Made by a program: the position numbers and the translations under genes. Shown one piece after another: positions 49,461 to 59,152 of a stretch of DNA of 64,000 nt (positions within the stretch are counted from its first letter, which is position 1; each line of letters opens with the position of its first letter). The notes under the pieces are model-generated. The model worked only from the letters and a program-made list of their open reading frames with translations, searched no databases and was not told where the DNA came from. The DNA comes from Planctomycetota bacterium (GTDB taxonomy: Bacteria > Planctomycetota > UBA8108 > SXIK01): the NCBI GenBank assembly GCA_965223265.1, contig OZ244999.1, positions 8,064,001-8,128,000 of the forward strand. The letters are read 5' to 3'.

Positions 49461-50276
49461 ATGGCTACAGCAACTCACGGAGGAGAACTGGCTCCGACGC
49501 TCGACGTCCCCACCGCACGCGATCGCTCGGTGTCTCTCTTGAAAGTCTTGCAAACGGCGAAGCTTGACGTCGCCCCGCGCTGCCGGAGCCAACGCGGATT
49601 CGTTCGTTTCCTCAAGCGCGCCGCGCGCGACGAACGCTTCATGAATCACGTTGAGGGTGTCCGAGACGCGCTTGTTCAACTCGCCGTCGGCGATCGAGAG
49701 AATCACGGCGGTGTCGTGCTGACGATCGCCGGTGTCAACGGCGGCGAGGGAGCTAGCACGCTTTCGATTCTTCTGAGTCTACTCCTCGGTAGCAGCTCCA
49801 CGCGCAGCGTCGCTTACGTCGACGCGCAGTTCCAGCCCCAACGCTTCGCCGCCCTGGCTGAACTCTTTGGGCTGTCGCGCGGGATCGAGCAGTTCGAGGC
49901 TGAGTGGAGCGAGCTTGAAACCCACCGCGCTCGAGGCCAAGAGAACGTCCTCTTTCTGCGCAATCCTGAGGCCCCGAAGTGTCTCGACTTCTTTTCCGAT
50001 CGTGAAGTTGGCGCGTTGCTCGCCGACCTGCGGCAGGAGTTCGATTTCACGGTGATCGACATGCCCGGAGTCCTCAAGGACGCATCGAACTTCTTTCTCG
50101 CCCCGAACGTTGACGGCGTCTACGTCGTCGCGCAGCCCGGCAGGACGACGGTCGACGACCTGAACCGCTCTGTCTCGGGAGTGCAGCAGGCCGGTGGTGA
50201 GGTCAAAGGCGTCGTGCTCAACCAGCAGCGCGCTCCCCGCTGGGCCCGCCTTCTCTGGCGCGACTTCTTCTTCTAA
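49461..50276 (+). CDS. CpsD/CapB-like tyrosine autokinase homolog with degenerate Walker A
   Basis: GVNGGEGASTL (K to A), YVDAQ, FDFTVIDMPG, VDGVYVV, VKGVVLN; no C-terminal Tyr cluster. Confidence 0.8.
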   Translation: MATATHGGELAPTLDVPTARDRSVSLLKVLQTAKLDVAPRCRSQRGFVRFLKRAARDERFMNHVEGVRDALVQLAVGDRENHGGVVLTIAGVNGGEGASTLSILLSLLLGSSSTRSVAYVDAQFQPQRFAALAELFGLSRGIEQFEAEWSELETHRARGQENVLFLRNPEAPKCLDFFSDREVGALLADLRQEFDFTVIDMPGVLKDASNFFLAPNVDGVYVVAQPGRTTVDDLNRSVSGVQQAGGEVKGVVLNQQRAPRWARLLWRDFFF

Positions 50277-50438
50277 CAGCCCGTTGAAAAAGTCATTCGG
50301 CCGAGAAACTGGCCTCTTCACGCCCAGCTCGACCGCGTCAATACTCGAAAATCCCGAAGATTGCCTGCGTTTGCCGCGGCCGACCTGGACGCGAAGAGAC
50401 CAGTTTTCGGCTCGAAGCACTTTTTCAACGGGCTGCTA
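50274..50438. mobile_element. MITE/REP-like hairpin element, full copy A (~165 bp)
   Basis: Terminal inverted repeat TAaCAGCCCGTTGAAAAAGT ... ACTTTTTCAACGGGCTGcTA. Imperfect arms extend ~60 bp. A near-identical inverted copy lies at 59153-59312. Confidence 0.8.
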
Positions 50439-50506
50439 AACGGCGTACCTGCCCCAGGTGGCATCACGAGGGGAGCAGCGCGTTTCAGACGCGACGTTGA
50501 GAGCGA

Positions 50507-51229
50507 CTAGAACGCCCCTGCCGTGGCGGCGCCCGTGATGATCGAGCTCGAGCCGGCGAAAAGCGTGAAGATGTATTCGCGCAGGTAGTTCACGACGCCG
50601 CCGAAGAACGTGCGACTGAGGATGATTTGGTCCTCAGGCAGCAGGAACAACCCTTCCGAGCGATCGTTGAGATCGACGCGGTAGCTCGTCGGGTGAAGCG
50701 GGTTGACGTAGGGACGCCACAGGAGTGCCCAGTCGGTGTCGCCTGTCACCCGCATGCCCCCCGCCGTGGAGATGGCGTCTTGGAGGGTCATTCGCAAGGT
50801 CATGGGGTAGCGCCCAGGGCGCTCGAACTGACCGACCATGTAGATCCACTCCTCAGCGGGCGCGACCTGGATTTTGATTCGGTATCTCGCAGCATCTGAC
50901 TCGTCTTTGAGCTCGTCAGCCAGCCCACCGAGGATCTCCTCTTCGAGCTGCTGAATCGTTTTTCCCGCCAGCTTCGGATTGTCGACATGACTCATGTCTG
51001 AGCGGCCGTCGGGGAGAATAAAGTTCGAGTCGCTCAGGAGTGCCCCTTCGGTCTCCACTGCGGAGTCGAAGATCTGGACCGTGACCTGATCCCCCGGCCT
51101 GAACTGATAGAGCGTGTGCCGCTGGCGCAGCTGCGCCGCGAAGTCGTCGTTGATCGCGGACGGAGTGGCGACGGCGCACGATACCGCGACTGGAACTACC
51201 AGGAGAAGGAGGATGCTGGAGGACTTCAC
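50507..51229 (-). CDS. Polysaccharide export lipoprotein (Wza/Poly_export + SLBB)
   Basis: GTG 51229; lipobox VAVSC; YQFRPGDQVTV, ILPDGR, AGKT..QL, IYMVGQFERPGRY, TLQDAISTAGG. Confidence 0.85.
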   Translation of the reverse strand: MKSSSILLLLVVPVAVSCAVATPSAINDDFAAQLRQRHTLYQFRPGDQVTVQIFDSAVETEGALLSDSNFILPDGRSDMSHVDNPKLAGKTIQQLEEEILGGLADELKDESDAARYRIKIQVAPAEEWIYMVGQFERPGRYPMTLRMTLQDAISTAGGMRVTGDTDWALLWRPYVNPLHPTSYRVDLNDRSEGLFLLPEDQIILSRTFFGGVVNYLREYIFTLFAGSSSIITGAATAGAF

Positions 51230-51600
51230 CTGACGACGCCTCTTGAGTTCGGTTGGGAAACGGTCTACGGCTACCAACTGCAGTTATCTTCGGCTTATCG
51301 ACCCCAAGACTTGATAGGTTCCCATCACTCGACCGGGGACGCGACGATGCGTCGGGCGCGCCGCCGGGATCGGCGTCACGCCGTACCGGCCCTGACAGCC
51401 CAGGCAGTGGGCCCCCGGGGAGCGTATTTGCGGCCTCTGAGAGGCTGGAAAGTGCCCTCGGACGCATGTTACGATTCCTCCCCCTCTGCGCTCCGGCGCC
51501 GTAAGAAAGAGTGCCGGTTTTCGCCCGCCGCGGGGCGTGGGGTCTCGTCGTCCAGCACATCTACCGAGGACCACTTCCTTTCTGGGGATCACATTCGATC

Positions 51601-52578
51601 ATGATTGGCTTTGCGATACGTCGAGCGTTGTCGATGGGACTTGTCTGCGGCTTAGTCCTTAGCGTCGCAGGCTGTTCTCCCGACGGCGAGTCGAGCGGGC
51701 GGCGATTTCTCAGCATTGGGACAGCCCCGATCGGCGGCGCGTTCGCTCACGTCGGCGGGACGCTGGCCGAGGTTCTCAATCGCCACTTGAAAAGCGATCG
51801 CGGTTGGGATTTTCAGACGCAGGGAACCAAAGGGTCGCAGGAGAATATCCGTCGGCTCGACAAGGGCGAGCTCGACTTCGCACTGTCAAACGCGGCCATC
51901 ACCTACTTCGCGGCGAGGGGTGAGGCCTCCTGGGAGCGGCCACAGAAGATCATGGCTGTGATGACGCTGGCACCGAACGTCGCCATGTTTATCACCAAGA
52001 AGGATTCTGGGGTCCAGACGATTGGAGACCTGAAGGGCAAGCGCGTTGTCGTTGGGCCGTCCGGAGCAGGCTTTAAGATGTTCCTCGAGCCGATTTTGAA
52101 GGCGCACAACGTGTCGTACGATGATTTCGATCCACTGCACAGCTCTCAGAGCGGCGCGGTCGACATGATCGCGGATGGGAATGCCAGCGCAGCGTTTCTC
52201 GGTGGTGCGGTGCCGACGGCCGCGGTGACACAAGCGTGCAGCGCCCACGACATCCACTTCGTGCCGTACGACGCCGGCGCTAAGGCGCGATTAATCGAGG
52301 AGTACGCCTTCTTCGAGGCTGCGACGATCGCACGCGACAAGTACTCCGATCTTGAGGCTGATTTCGACGGACTCAACGTTGGCTCGATGCACGTCATTAC
52401 GCGGGCAGACCTCGAAGACGAGGTCGTCTACCAGGTGACGAAGACGCTGTACGAGAAGCGCGAGGAGATCATCCAGGCCCACCCCGTCGGTCGTGTGATC
52501 GAGAAGCGAGCCGCCATGGATACGGGCGTGCCGTTTCACCCAGGCGCTCTGCGGTTCTATGCAGAGCTCGGACGCTAG
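51601..52578 (+). CDS. TAXI family TRAP transporter solute-binding lipoprotein
   Basis: SIGTAPIGG, TKGSQENI, DLKGKRVVVG..G.G, VPFHPGALRFY; lipobox VAGC. Confidence 0.9.
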   Translation: MIGFAIRRALSMGLVCGLVLSVAGCSPDGESSGRRFLSIGTAPIGGAFAHVGGTLAEVLNRHLKSDRGWDFQTQGTKGSQENIRRLDKGELDFALSNAAITYFAARGEASWERPQKIMAVMTLAPNVAMFITKKDSGVQTIGDLKGKRVVVGPSGAGFKMFLEPILKAHNVSYDDFDPLHSSQSGAVDMIADGNASAAFLGGAVPTAAVTQACSAHDIHFVPYDAGAKARLIEEYAFFEAATIARDKYSDLEADFDGLNVGSMHVITRADLEDEVVYQVTKTLYEKREEIIQAHPVGRVIEKRAAMDTGVPFHPGALRFYAELGR

Positions 52579-52702
52579 CCTCTTATGTTGATTCCGCATG
52601 CATCGGGGAGCAGGAGCGCCCAGGACGGATCGTCAGGCGCGGACCCTCGATGGCATGTCGGGCACTGACACGGATGATGCGGCAGCGCAGTAGGAGAGTG
52701 CG

Positions 52703-54682
52703 TTGAACCAGGAAGGCTTGCTGGAGCGTGTGCGCGCTTACCTCGTACCGCCGCTGAGTGTGCTGATCTGCATCTTCACGGTCATCGAGGCGAATCGTCC
52801 GAGTCTCGAAGAGGCGTCGCAGCGTGCCATTTTCTGCATGCTCGGGCTTATGCTCTGCTTCCTTCTTTATCCAGCCCATCCCAAACTCAAAGAGAAGAGG
52901 TGGCTCAGGTGGGTCGATCTGATCCTCGTACTCGGGGTACTTCTCTGCTGCGGCTACATCGTCGTACAAACGCAGCCCTTCTTTCGCTCGTTCTGGATCG
53001 GGTCGACGTCCCTCGGCGATCGTGCCGGTGACACTCAGCCGCTCGACTTTTGGGTCGGCGTCGTGGGTCTCGTGCTGGTGCTCGAGGCGACGCGACGCTC
53101 CATTGGCTGGATTGTGCCGCTTCTCGCCGTCGCAGCGCTTCTGTATGGTCTCTTCCGCGCCGAGATGCCCGATTGGTTGTTCCCGTTTCGGAGCCTCAGC
53201 CTTGAAGACGTTGTCGCGAGCACGTTTCTCAAAGGGCAAGGTGTGTTTGGGAAGCCCCTCGGCGTCATGTTCAAGTACGTCTTTCTGTTCGTCATCTTCG
53301 GCGCCTTTCTCGAAATCACGGGGGCGATCCAGTTCATCATCGACTTCTCAGAGCGACTCTTCGGTCGCACACCGGGAGGTCCGGCGAAGGTCTCGGTTCT
53401 GGCGAGCGGCCTCATGGGATCGCTCTCGGGGAGTGCAGTCGCCAACGCCGTGACCACCGGGACGTTCACCATCCCGATGATGCGAAGTGCCGGATTTCAG
53501 CCGCACGTGGCGGCTGGGATCACTGCGGCGGCGGCCTCCGGTGGAGCACTGGTGCCACCCGTGATGGGGGCGGGCGCCTATATGATGCTCGAGTTCATCG
53601 AGGATGTGACGTTCCTGCAAGTGGCGACGGCCGCAGCGATTCCAGCCGTGCTCTATTACTTCTCCATCTTCATGATCGTCCACTTCTATTCACGCCGCAT
53701 GAGTGGCGGAGAAGATCAGGGCCGGAGCGGCGACGACAAGGAGTTGCCGTCCGCGTGGCAGATCCTCTTCAAATTCGAGGGCGTCGTATTCCTTGCGGCG
53801 CTGACGACCCTTGTCGTTTTTCTGTGTCTCGGACGTACACCGTTCATGTCGGTGACGCTAGCACTCTTGGTGATCGTCGTACTCGGGGTCATCCATCCGG
53901 CGCGGAAGGTGACGTTTCGGACGGCCTACGAAGCGCTGATCAAGTCGGCTCGCAATGGCGTCTCGCTTGTGGCTGCCAGCGCTTGCGTCGGCATCGTCAT
54001 TGGCATCGTCGACGCGACGCGCGTCGCCGACGCCTTTGGTAGTGATATCAAAGCGGTCGTCGACTCGAACCTCTTTCTCGCCCTTTGCGGCGTGATGCTC
54101 TGTTCCATTGTCCTCGGAATGGGCGTTCCGTCCGTGGTTTGCTACCTGCTCATGGCGACGATGATGGGTTCGCTGTTGACCCAGCTGGACGTGCCGCAGC
54201 TCGCAGCACACCTCTTTATCTTCTACTTCGGCATGATGTCTATGGTGACGCCACCGGTGGCTCTCGCCGCTTATGCCAGCGCGTCGCTAGCGCAGTCGAA
54301 GATCATGCAGACCGCCCTTGCGGCGTTTCGCTTTTCGCTCGTCGGTTTTACCCTGCCGTTCATGTTCGTCTATCAGCCGGCGCTTCTGTTTCTTCCCGGA
54401 AAGGACGGTGTCTTCTCGCTGTTGACGGTGTTCACGGCCACAGCTCTCGCCGCCGTGGGGATACTGTCGCTCGCCGCGTCACTTGCCGGCTATTTCAAGG
54501 CGCCACTTGGGTGGGGTGCGCGGGGCGTCTTGTTACTCGCCGCAGCGCTTCTGTTGTCGCCGAACGTTGAGATTTCTGGTCAGCAGATCGGTTTGGTGAC
54601 AAACTGCATGGGAGCGGTGTTCTTTGTCGCCGTGGCGGCCCTGAACTGGCGCACGGCGAGGTCGGCGCAGGCGACGGCGTGA
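52703..54682 (+). CDS. TRAP transporter fused permease (4TM/12TM)
   Basis: LEATRR, GGPAKVSV, SGSAVAN..TTGTFTIPMM, GGALVPPVMGAGA, VTPPVALA. TTG start after AGGAG. Confidence 0.92.
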   Translation: MNQEGLLERVRAYLVPPLSVLICIFTVIEANRPSLEEASQRAIFCMLGLMLCFLLYPAHPKLKEKRWLRWVDLILVLGVLLCCGYIVVQTQPFFRSFWIGSTSLGDRAGDTQPLDFWVGVVGLVLVLEATRRSIGWIVPLLAVAALLYGLFRAEMPDWLFPFRSLSLEDVVASTFLKGQGVFGKPLGVMFKYVFLFVIFGAFLEITGAIQFIIDFSERLFGRTPGGPAKVSVLASGLMGSLSGSAVANAVTTGTFTIPMMRSAGFQPHVAAGITAAAASGGALVPPVMGAGAYMMLEFIEDVTFLQVATAAAIPAVLYYFSIFMIVHFYSRRMSGGEDQGRSGDDKELPSAWQILFKFEGVVFLAALTTLVVFLCLGRTPFMSVTLALLVIVVLGVIHPARKVTFRTAYEALIKSARNGVSLVAASACVGIVIGIVDATRVADAFGSDIKAVVDSNLFLALCGVMLCSIVLGMGVPSVVCYLLMATMMGSLLTQLDVPQLAAHLFIFYFGMMSMVTPPVALAAYASASLAQSKIMQTALAAFRFSLVGFTLPFMFVYQPALLFLPGKDGVFSLLTVFTATALAAVGILSLAASLAGYFKAPLGWGARGVLLLAAALLLSPNVEISGQQIGLVTNCMGAVFFVAVAALNWRTARSAQATA

Positions 54683-54698
54683 TTGGAGCCCAGACACG

Positions 54699-54923
54699 AT
54701 GAAGGTGCTCACGGTCCTCCTTCTTGTGGCTCTGATCGTTTTGCACCAAGACTCCTGGTGGTGGGAAGATTCGCGGCTCGTGTTCGGCTTCCTGCCGATC
54801 GGCCTCGCCTATCACATCGCGCTGTCGATCGGCGCAGGTGTCGTTTGGTGGCTCGCCGTGAAGTACTGTTGGCCTCGGTCGCTCGAGGAACCGAACTCGC
54901 CGCGGCATGACGAGGAACCTTGA
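54699..54923 (+). CDS. Small membrane protein, DUF3311-like (SSS transporter partner)
   Basis: LHQDSWWW...VFGFLPIGLAYH; immediately upstream of the SSS gene. Confidence 0.8.
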   Translation: MKVLTVLLLVALIVLHQDSWWWEDSRLVFGFLPIGLAYHIALSIGAGVVWWLAVKYCWPRSLEEPNSPRHDEEP

Positions 54924-54924
54924 C

Positions 54925-56376
54925 ATGACGCTGGGCATCATTCTGGGTTATCTGTGCGTCGTGGTCGTGATCGGCCTCGTCAGCGCGTCCCGCTCGCGGC
55001 GAACCGGCGGAGATTTCTTCATCGCCAGCCGTACGATCGGCCCTTTCATGCTTCTCATGTCGCTCTTTGGCACCACGATGACGTCGTTTGCGCTCACCGG
55101 GAGTTCGGGCCAGACGTTCGTCAAAGGGATCGGTGTCTACGGCATGTTGGCGTCGTGGTCTGGAATCATTCATCCACTCGTGTTCTTTCTCGTTGGTGCT
55201 AAGGTTTGGTCGCTGGGGCGACGCCATGGCTATCTGACGCAGCTTTCTTTCTTCCGTCACCGCTATCAGTCCGAACTGCTCGCGGTACTCCTTTTTCCGC
55301 TGCTCGTCGGATTCGTCGTGGTCTACATTCTGATGGGGGCGATCGGAGCGGGCCGGACGTTGCAAGCGGTCGCCGGCGTCCCGTATCCGGCCGGGGTTGG
55401 TCTCGTCTGCTCGATTGTGCTTGTCTACGTCTTCTGTGGCGGCATGCGCGCCACCGCTTGGGCGAATACGCTGCAGACTCTGTTTTTTATGGCGATGGGG
55501 GTTCTCGCGTTCGTCGCTATCACCACCGACCTGGGTGGCCCGATCGCCGCGACACGCCGCGTTGTCGAGAACACAGACCCAGAAGTGGCGCGGCGCGCGA
55601 CGCGAGAGGGGATGGACCAGCTGGTGTTTCTCAGTTACGCCTTCATCCCGGTCTCGGTCGGCATGTTTCCGCACCTGTTCCAGCATTGGCTGACCGCCAA
55701 GAGCGCCAACAACTTCAAGTTCACCGTTGCGGCGTTTCCCCTTTGCATCATGATCACGTGGGTCCCATGCGTCTTGATCGGTATGTGGGCGACCGCGGAG
55801 ATTCCGCTCAGCAGCGACCCCAAAGTGGTCAATTCGGTTCTGCCTCTGATGGTGAAGAATCACTCTGGCGAGTTTCTCTCCGGTCTCATCGCGGCGGGGA
55901 TTCTGGCGGCGATGATGTCGAGCATGGACTCCCAGTTCTTGTGCGTCGGCACGATGTTTACGAGTGACGTTTATCTTCGACTACGATCCCGCGAGCAGCT
56001 CTCAGAGGCACATGTCGTATGGGCGGGCAGAGTGTTCGTTCTTCTCGTTGTCGTCGCCACCTACTTCGCCGCTCTTGTCATGCCAGTGCAGATTTTTCCG
56101 CTCGGCGTCTGGTGCTTCACCGGGTTTGCCAGCTTGTTTCCTCTTCTGCTTGGCGCCGTCTACTGGAGGCGTGCGAACAAGTATGGTGCCATGGCTTCCG
56201 TCGTCGTCGTCGCCGCGCTGTGGATTTACTACGCCGGCGAAGCCATTCATGGCGGACTCTCTCTCTTCGGAGTTCTGCCGGTCGTGGTCTTGTTCAGCGT
56301 CTCGACGCTGGTCTTCGTCCTCGTGAGTTTGCTCACGCCTCGAATGCCCGCGGAACACGTCGAGAAGTTTTTCTAA
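54925..56376 (+). CDS. Sodium:solute symporter family protein
   Basis: DFFIASRTIGP, GGMRATAWAN, AAMMSSMDSQ; about 13 TMs. Confidence 0.92.
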   Translation: MTLGIILGYLCVVVVIGLVSASRSRRTGGDFFIASRTIGPFMLLMSLFGTTMTSFALTGSSGQTFVKGIGVYGMLASWSGIIHPLVFFLVGAKVWSLGRRHGYLTQLSFFRHRYQSELLAVLLFPLLVGFVVVYILMGAIGAGRTLQAVAGVPYPAGVGLVCSIVLVYVFCGGMRATAWANTLQTLFFMAMGVLAFVAITTDLGGPIAATRRVVENTDPEVARRATREGMDQLVFLSYAFIPVSVGMFPHLFQHWLTAKSANNFKFTVAAFPLCIMITWVPCVLIGMWATAEIPLSSDPKVVNSVLPLMVKNHSGEFLSGLIAAGILAAMMSSMDSQFLCVGTMFTSDVYLRLRSREQLSEAHVVWAGRVFVLLVVVATYFAALVMPVQIFPLGVWCFTGFASLFPLLLGAVYWRRANKYGAMASVVVVAALWIYYAGEAIHGGLSLFGVLPVVVLFSVSTLVFVLVSLLTPRMPAEHVEKFF

Positions 56377-56416
56377 CCGGTCGGTGGACCGTTTTAACCT
56401 CGCACGACGACCGCTT

Positions 56417-56456
56417 ATCAGCCTGTCTCGGCCGAATGACTTCAACGGGCTGTTAG
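56417..56456. repeat. Deleted remnant of the hairpin element family between convergent genes; possible terminator
   Basis: TCTCGGCCGAATGACTTCAACGGGCTGTTAG is the reverse complement of the copy A left end. CAGCCTGT pairs with ACGGGCTG. Contains the ClC stop codon. Confidence 0.7.
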
Positions 56457-58279
56457 CCTCGATTCTCGCGCGACACGCGCGCCAAGTTCGACTCGCGATA
56501 CGAGGCGAGAAGATCGCGCTTCGAGACGGCGCCCAAAAGCTTTCGTTCGATGCGATCGCTGACGACCGGAAGACGTTCCGCGTCGCTTTCAGCCAGGAGC
56601 TCGACGGCTGTTGACATCGGGTCGTCGACTGCCACGATCGGAAAGTGCGAGTTCATGATGTCCGCGGCGATCACCGTCTCCAAATGATCACTTTGTCCGA
56701 AGAACGTTTTGATCTCGTGGAGTGATACGACTCCGAGGAACTCGTGGCGCTGATTGATGACGTAGAGACGGTCATGCTCCTTTGGGCTACGCAGGAAGGC
56801 GTCCATGACAGCTTCAAACGACTCGGCGGCTTGCACGGTTTGGACGTCAGTGCGGAGAAAAGTCCGCACAGCCGGCTGTCGAACCCAAAGCGGGGGGCGG
56901 ATATTTGGTAGCAGAATGCCGCTGCGGCGCAGGGACTCTGTGTAGAGTGATTCGGTTCGCAGTAGTCGAGCCACCACAGCACTGGCGATCGAGGCGGCCA
57001 TGAACGGCAAGATCACGCTGTAGTTTTGGGTCATCTCGAAGATCATCAGAATCGCCGTGATCGGCGCCTGCATCGTCGCCGAAATGATTGCTGCCATACC
57101 GACGAGCGCATACACCGACGGTGGCGCGGTCGTCTCCGGAAAGAGGGCTCTGACCACTAGCCCAAAGCCGACCCCAACGATGGCCCCGACGAACAGCGAC
57201 GGCGTGAACAGCCCTCCCGGGATGCCACCACCCCGGCAGAGCGCCGTCAGAAATAGCTTCAGGAGGGGCAACACAAGGAGGAATCGAATCCACGCCCAGG
57301 CGCTCTCGTCGCTGCTGACAAAGTCACCCTCGAGCACGGCGTTGACCGTCTGATAGCCGTTGCCAAAGAGTTCCGGAAACCAGATGCCGACGATGCCGAG
57401 AATCGCCATAGCCAGAAGCGCGCCGAGCGATTTCAGCGGCAGCAACCAGCGAAAGATGCTCTGAACGCCGCTAAAGACGCGTACGAACGCGACGCTGACG
57501 AGTCCGACGATCCCTCCCAGCAGAAGTGCGAGCAGGATCTCCCAGTGGTGCTCGAGGTGGTACGTCGACAACAGGTCTGGAGGAATGACGTAGGCGGGGA
57601 ACTCGCTGATGAGTGATCGGGAGATAGACGTCGAGATCACGCAACAGATGATGATGGGTCCAAAGAGATCGAGTGCCAGGCTGCCAAGGAGCACTTCCAT
57701 CGCGAAGACGGTGGCGCCGATGGGTACGTTGTAGGACGCAGCAATTCCGGCGGCGGCTCCCGAGGCGAGGAGAATCTTGACGTGATGCTCACGCAGGCGA
57801 AAGGTGCGTCCGCACCAGGACCCGAAGGCCGCGCCGGAGTGCATCAGGGCGCCTTCGCGGCCAAGCGACGCACCCATACCAACGGCGGCGATCGAGATGA
57901 GCGCGTTGATCATCGTGCCGCCGAGAGGGATGCGCCCGCCACCTACAGCCAAGCTTTCGATCAGTCCGGCAGTTCCTTTGAACGCGGTCTGTCGCTTCCA
58001 GATCATCAGCGCCGCAGAAACGAAAACACCGCCGAGGACGAGGACGAGCACGCGCCGCGCCGGCGACGTTTGTCCGATTTCGTTGATGTCGCCCCAGGCA
58101 AGGGACTGGATATCGCTCAGGATGTGGACGAGCAGCACTGCGACGAGGCCCGCCACGATTCCGATCACCGGCACGAGTAACCAGTACCGCTTTTCTTCGG
58201 GCAGGAGGCCGCGCAGGGAGGCCGCCAGGAGGCGGTCGACGAGGCGGACGAAAGGCGCAGTCGCACTCTCAGTTTTCAA
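56453..58279 (-). CDS. ClC family chloride channel/antiporter with C-terminal CBS pair
   Basis: GASLGREGA, GAAAGIAASYNVPI, GIPGGLFTPSL, APITAILMIFEMT; CBS domains at the C-terminus. Confidence 0.92.
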   Translation of the reverse strand: MKTESATAPFVRLVDRLLAASLRGLLPEEKRYWLLVPVIGIVAGLVAVLLVHILSDIQSLAWGDINEIGQTSPARRVLVLVLGGVFVSAALMIWKRQTAFKGTAGLIESLAVGGGRIPLGGTMINALISIAAVGMGASLGREGALMHSGAAFGSWCGRTFRLREHHVKILLASGAAAGIAASYNVPIGATVFAMEVLLGSLALDLFGPIIICCVISTSISRSLISEFPAYVIPPDLLSTYHLEHHWEILLALLLGGIVGLVSVAFVRVFSGVQSIFRWLLPLKSLGALLAMAILGIVGIWFPELFGNGYQTVNAVLEGDFVSSDESAWAWIRFLLVLPLLKLFLTALCRGGGIPGGLFTPSLFVGAIVGVGFGLVVRALFPETTAPPSVYALVGMAAIISATMQAPITAILMIFEMTQNYSVILPFMAASIASAVVARLLRTESLYTESLRRSGILLPNIRPPLWVRQPAVRTFLRTDVQTVQAAESFEAVMDAFLRSPKEHDRLYVINQRHEFLGVVSLHEIKTFFGQSDHLETVIAADIMNSHFPIVAVDDPMSTAVELLAESDAERLPVVSDRIERKLLGAVSKRDLLASYRESNLARVSRENRG

Positions 58280-58319
58280 CGTTCCTAGCCTCGACCTCTT
58301 TTCTACGTGGCTCGCGGAG

Positions 58320-58473
58320 CAGGCCGCCTGAAAAGTCTTTCGGCCGAGAAGTCGCCATCGTTGCGCTGTTCAACGTGCGACTGCCGACCAGCTTGGCGTG
58401 CGTCGATGCGCTCAAACCCCGACCGGAAGACTCGTGCAGCGGGTTGCTCGAAGCACTTTTCAACAGGCGGCTA
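58320..58473. mobile_element. Diverged copy C of the hairpin element (shared ends, different core)
   Basis: Begins ...TGAAAAGTCTTTCGGCCGAGAA and ends CTCGAAGCACTTTTCAACAGGCGGCTA. Similar length to copy A, but the middle is not recognisably related. Confidence 0.65.
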
Positions 58474-58683
58474 GACGCGATTCTCACGACGATGCGAGAT
58501 CAGCCCTTCCAAGTGCTTCCGCATGAGCTCAGGTTTGTGCTTCTTCAGTGTTCTTTCGATCTCGTAACCGTCGACGCTCCTCTCGCCTTTTTTGATTTCG
58601 TTAGCGGCCGTCTGAATGCGATTGGCGGCAGCGATCAGATCTTCCCAGCCGGCAGCCGCCTCATCGTAGGGATTGTCGGACAT
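58471..58683 (-). CDS. Small hypothetical helical protein (70 aa)
   Basis: AAGGAG upstream of the ATG; protein-like charged amphipathic composition; stop codon at the edge of element copy C. Confidence 0.55.
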   Translation of the reverse strand: MSDNPYDEAAAGWEDLIAAANRIQTAANEIKKGERSVDGYEIERTLKKHKPELMRKHLEGLISHRRENRV

Positions 58684-59152
58684 GCGTGGGTCTACTCCTT
58701 GATGAACTTGGACGGTTCGTCATTCCGTCTCGTATCGACTCGTGAGTTTGTTCTTCCTATAAATAAGATCGTTCCGTGACCGAAAAACTAGAGGTTGATC
58801 GGACTAGAAAAAGATTGTATACCGATGGCCCTCTCATTAGTGAACCGCCTATTCGAAAAGTTGGCTAGTCGGAGAATTGGAGGCTGTGGCCCCTTGCTCG
58901 GTCGATGATCAGGCCGCGCTAACGGGTCTTCCTGCCGTCAGTTCGAACGATCTACGCGGACTAGCGGAACTTTTGGTTTTCGGTGCTCGGATCGCCGTTT
59001 GGAACCTTGGCACCGGCGTCACAGGCGGCTTCGCGAGAGTTTGGTGGCGAAGGGAGGATCGATCGATTCGCTAGAAACCAGGCTCCTGCCGCTTGCGAAG
59101 TCTTTTGGTGACTGCCTCGCCATCTCGGGTGCAGGTGTGGTCTTTCGTTCAA

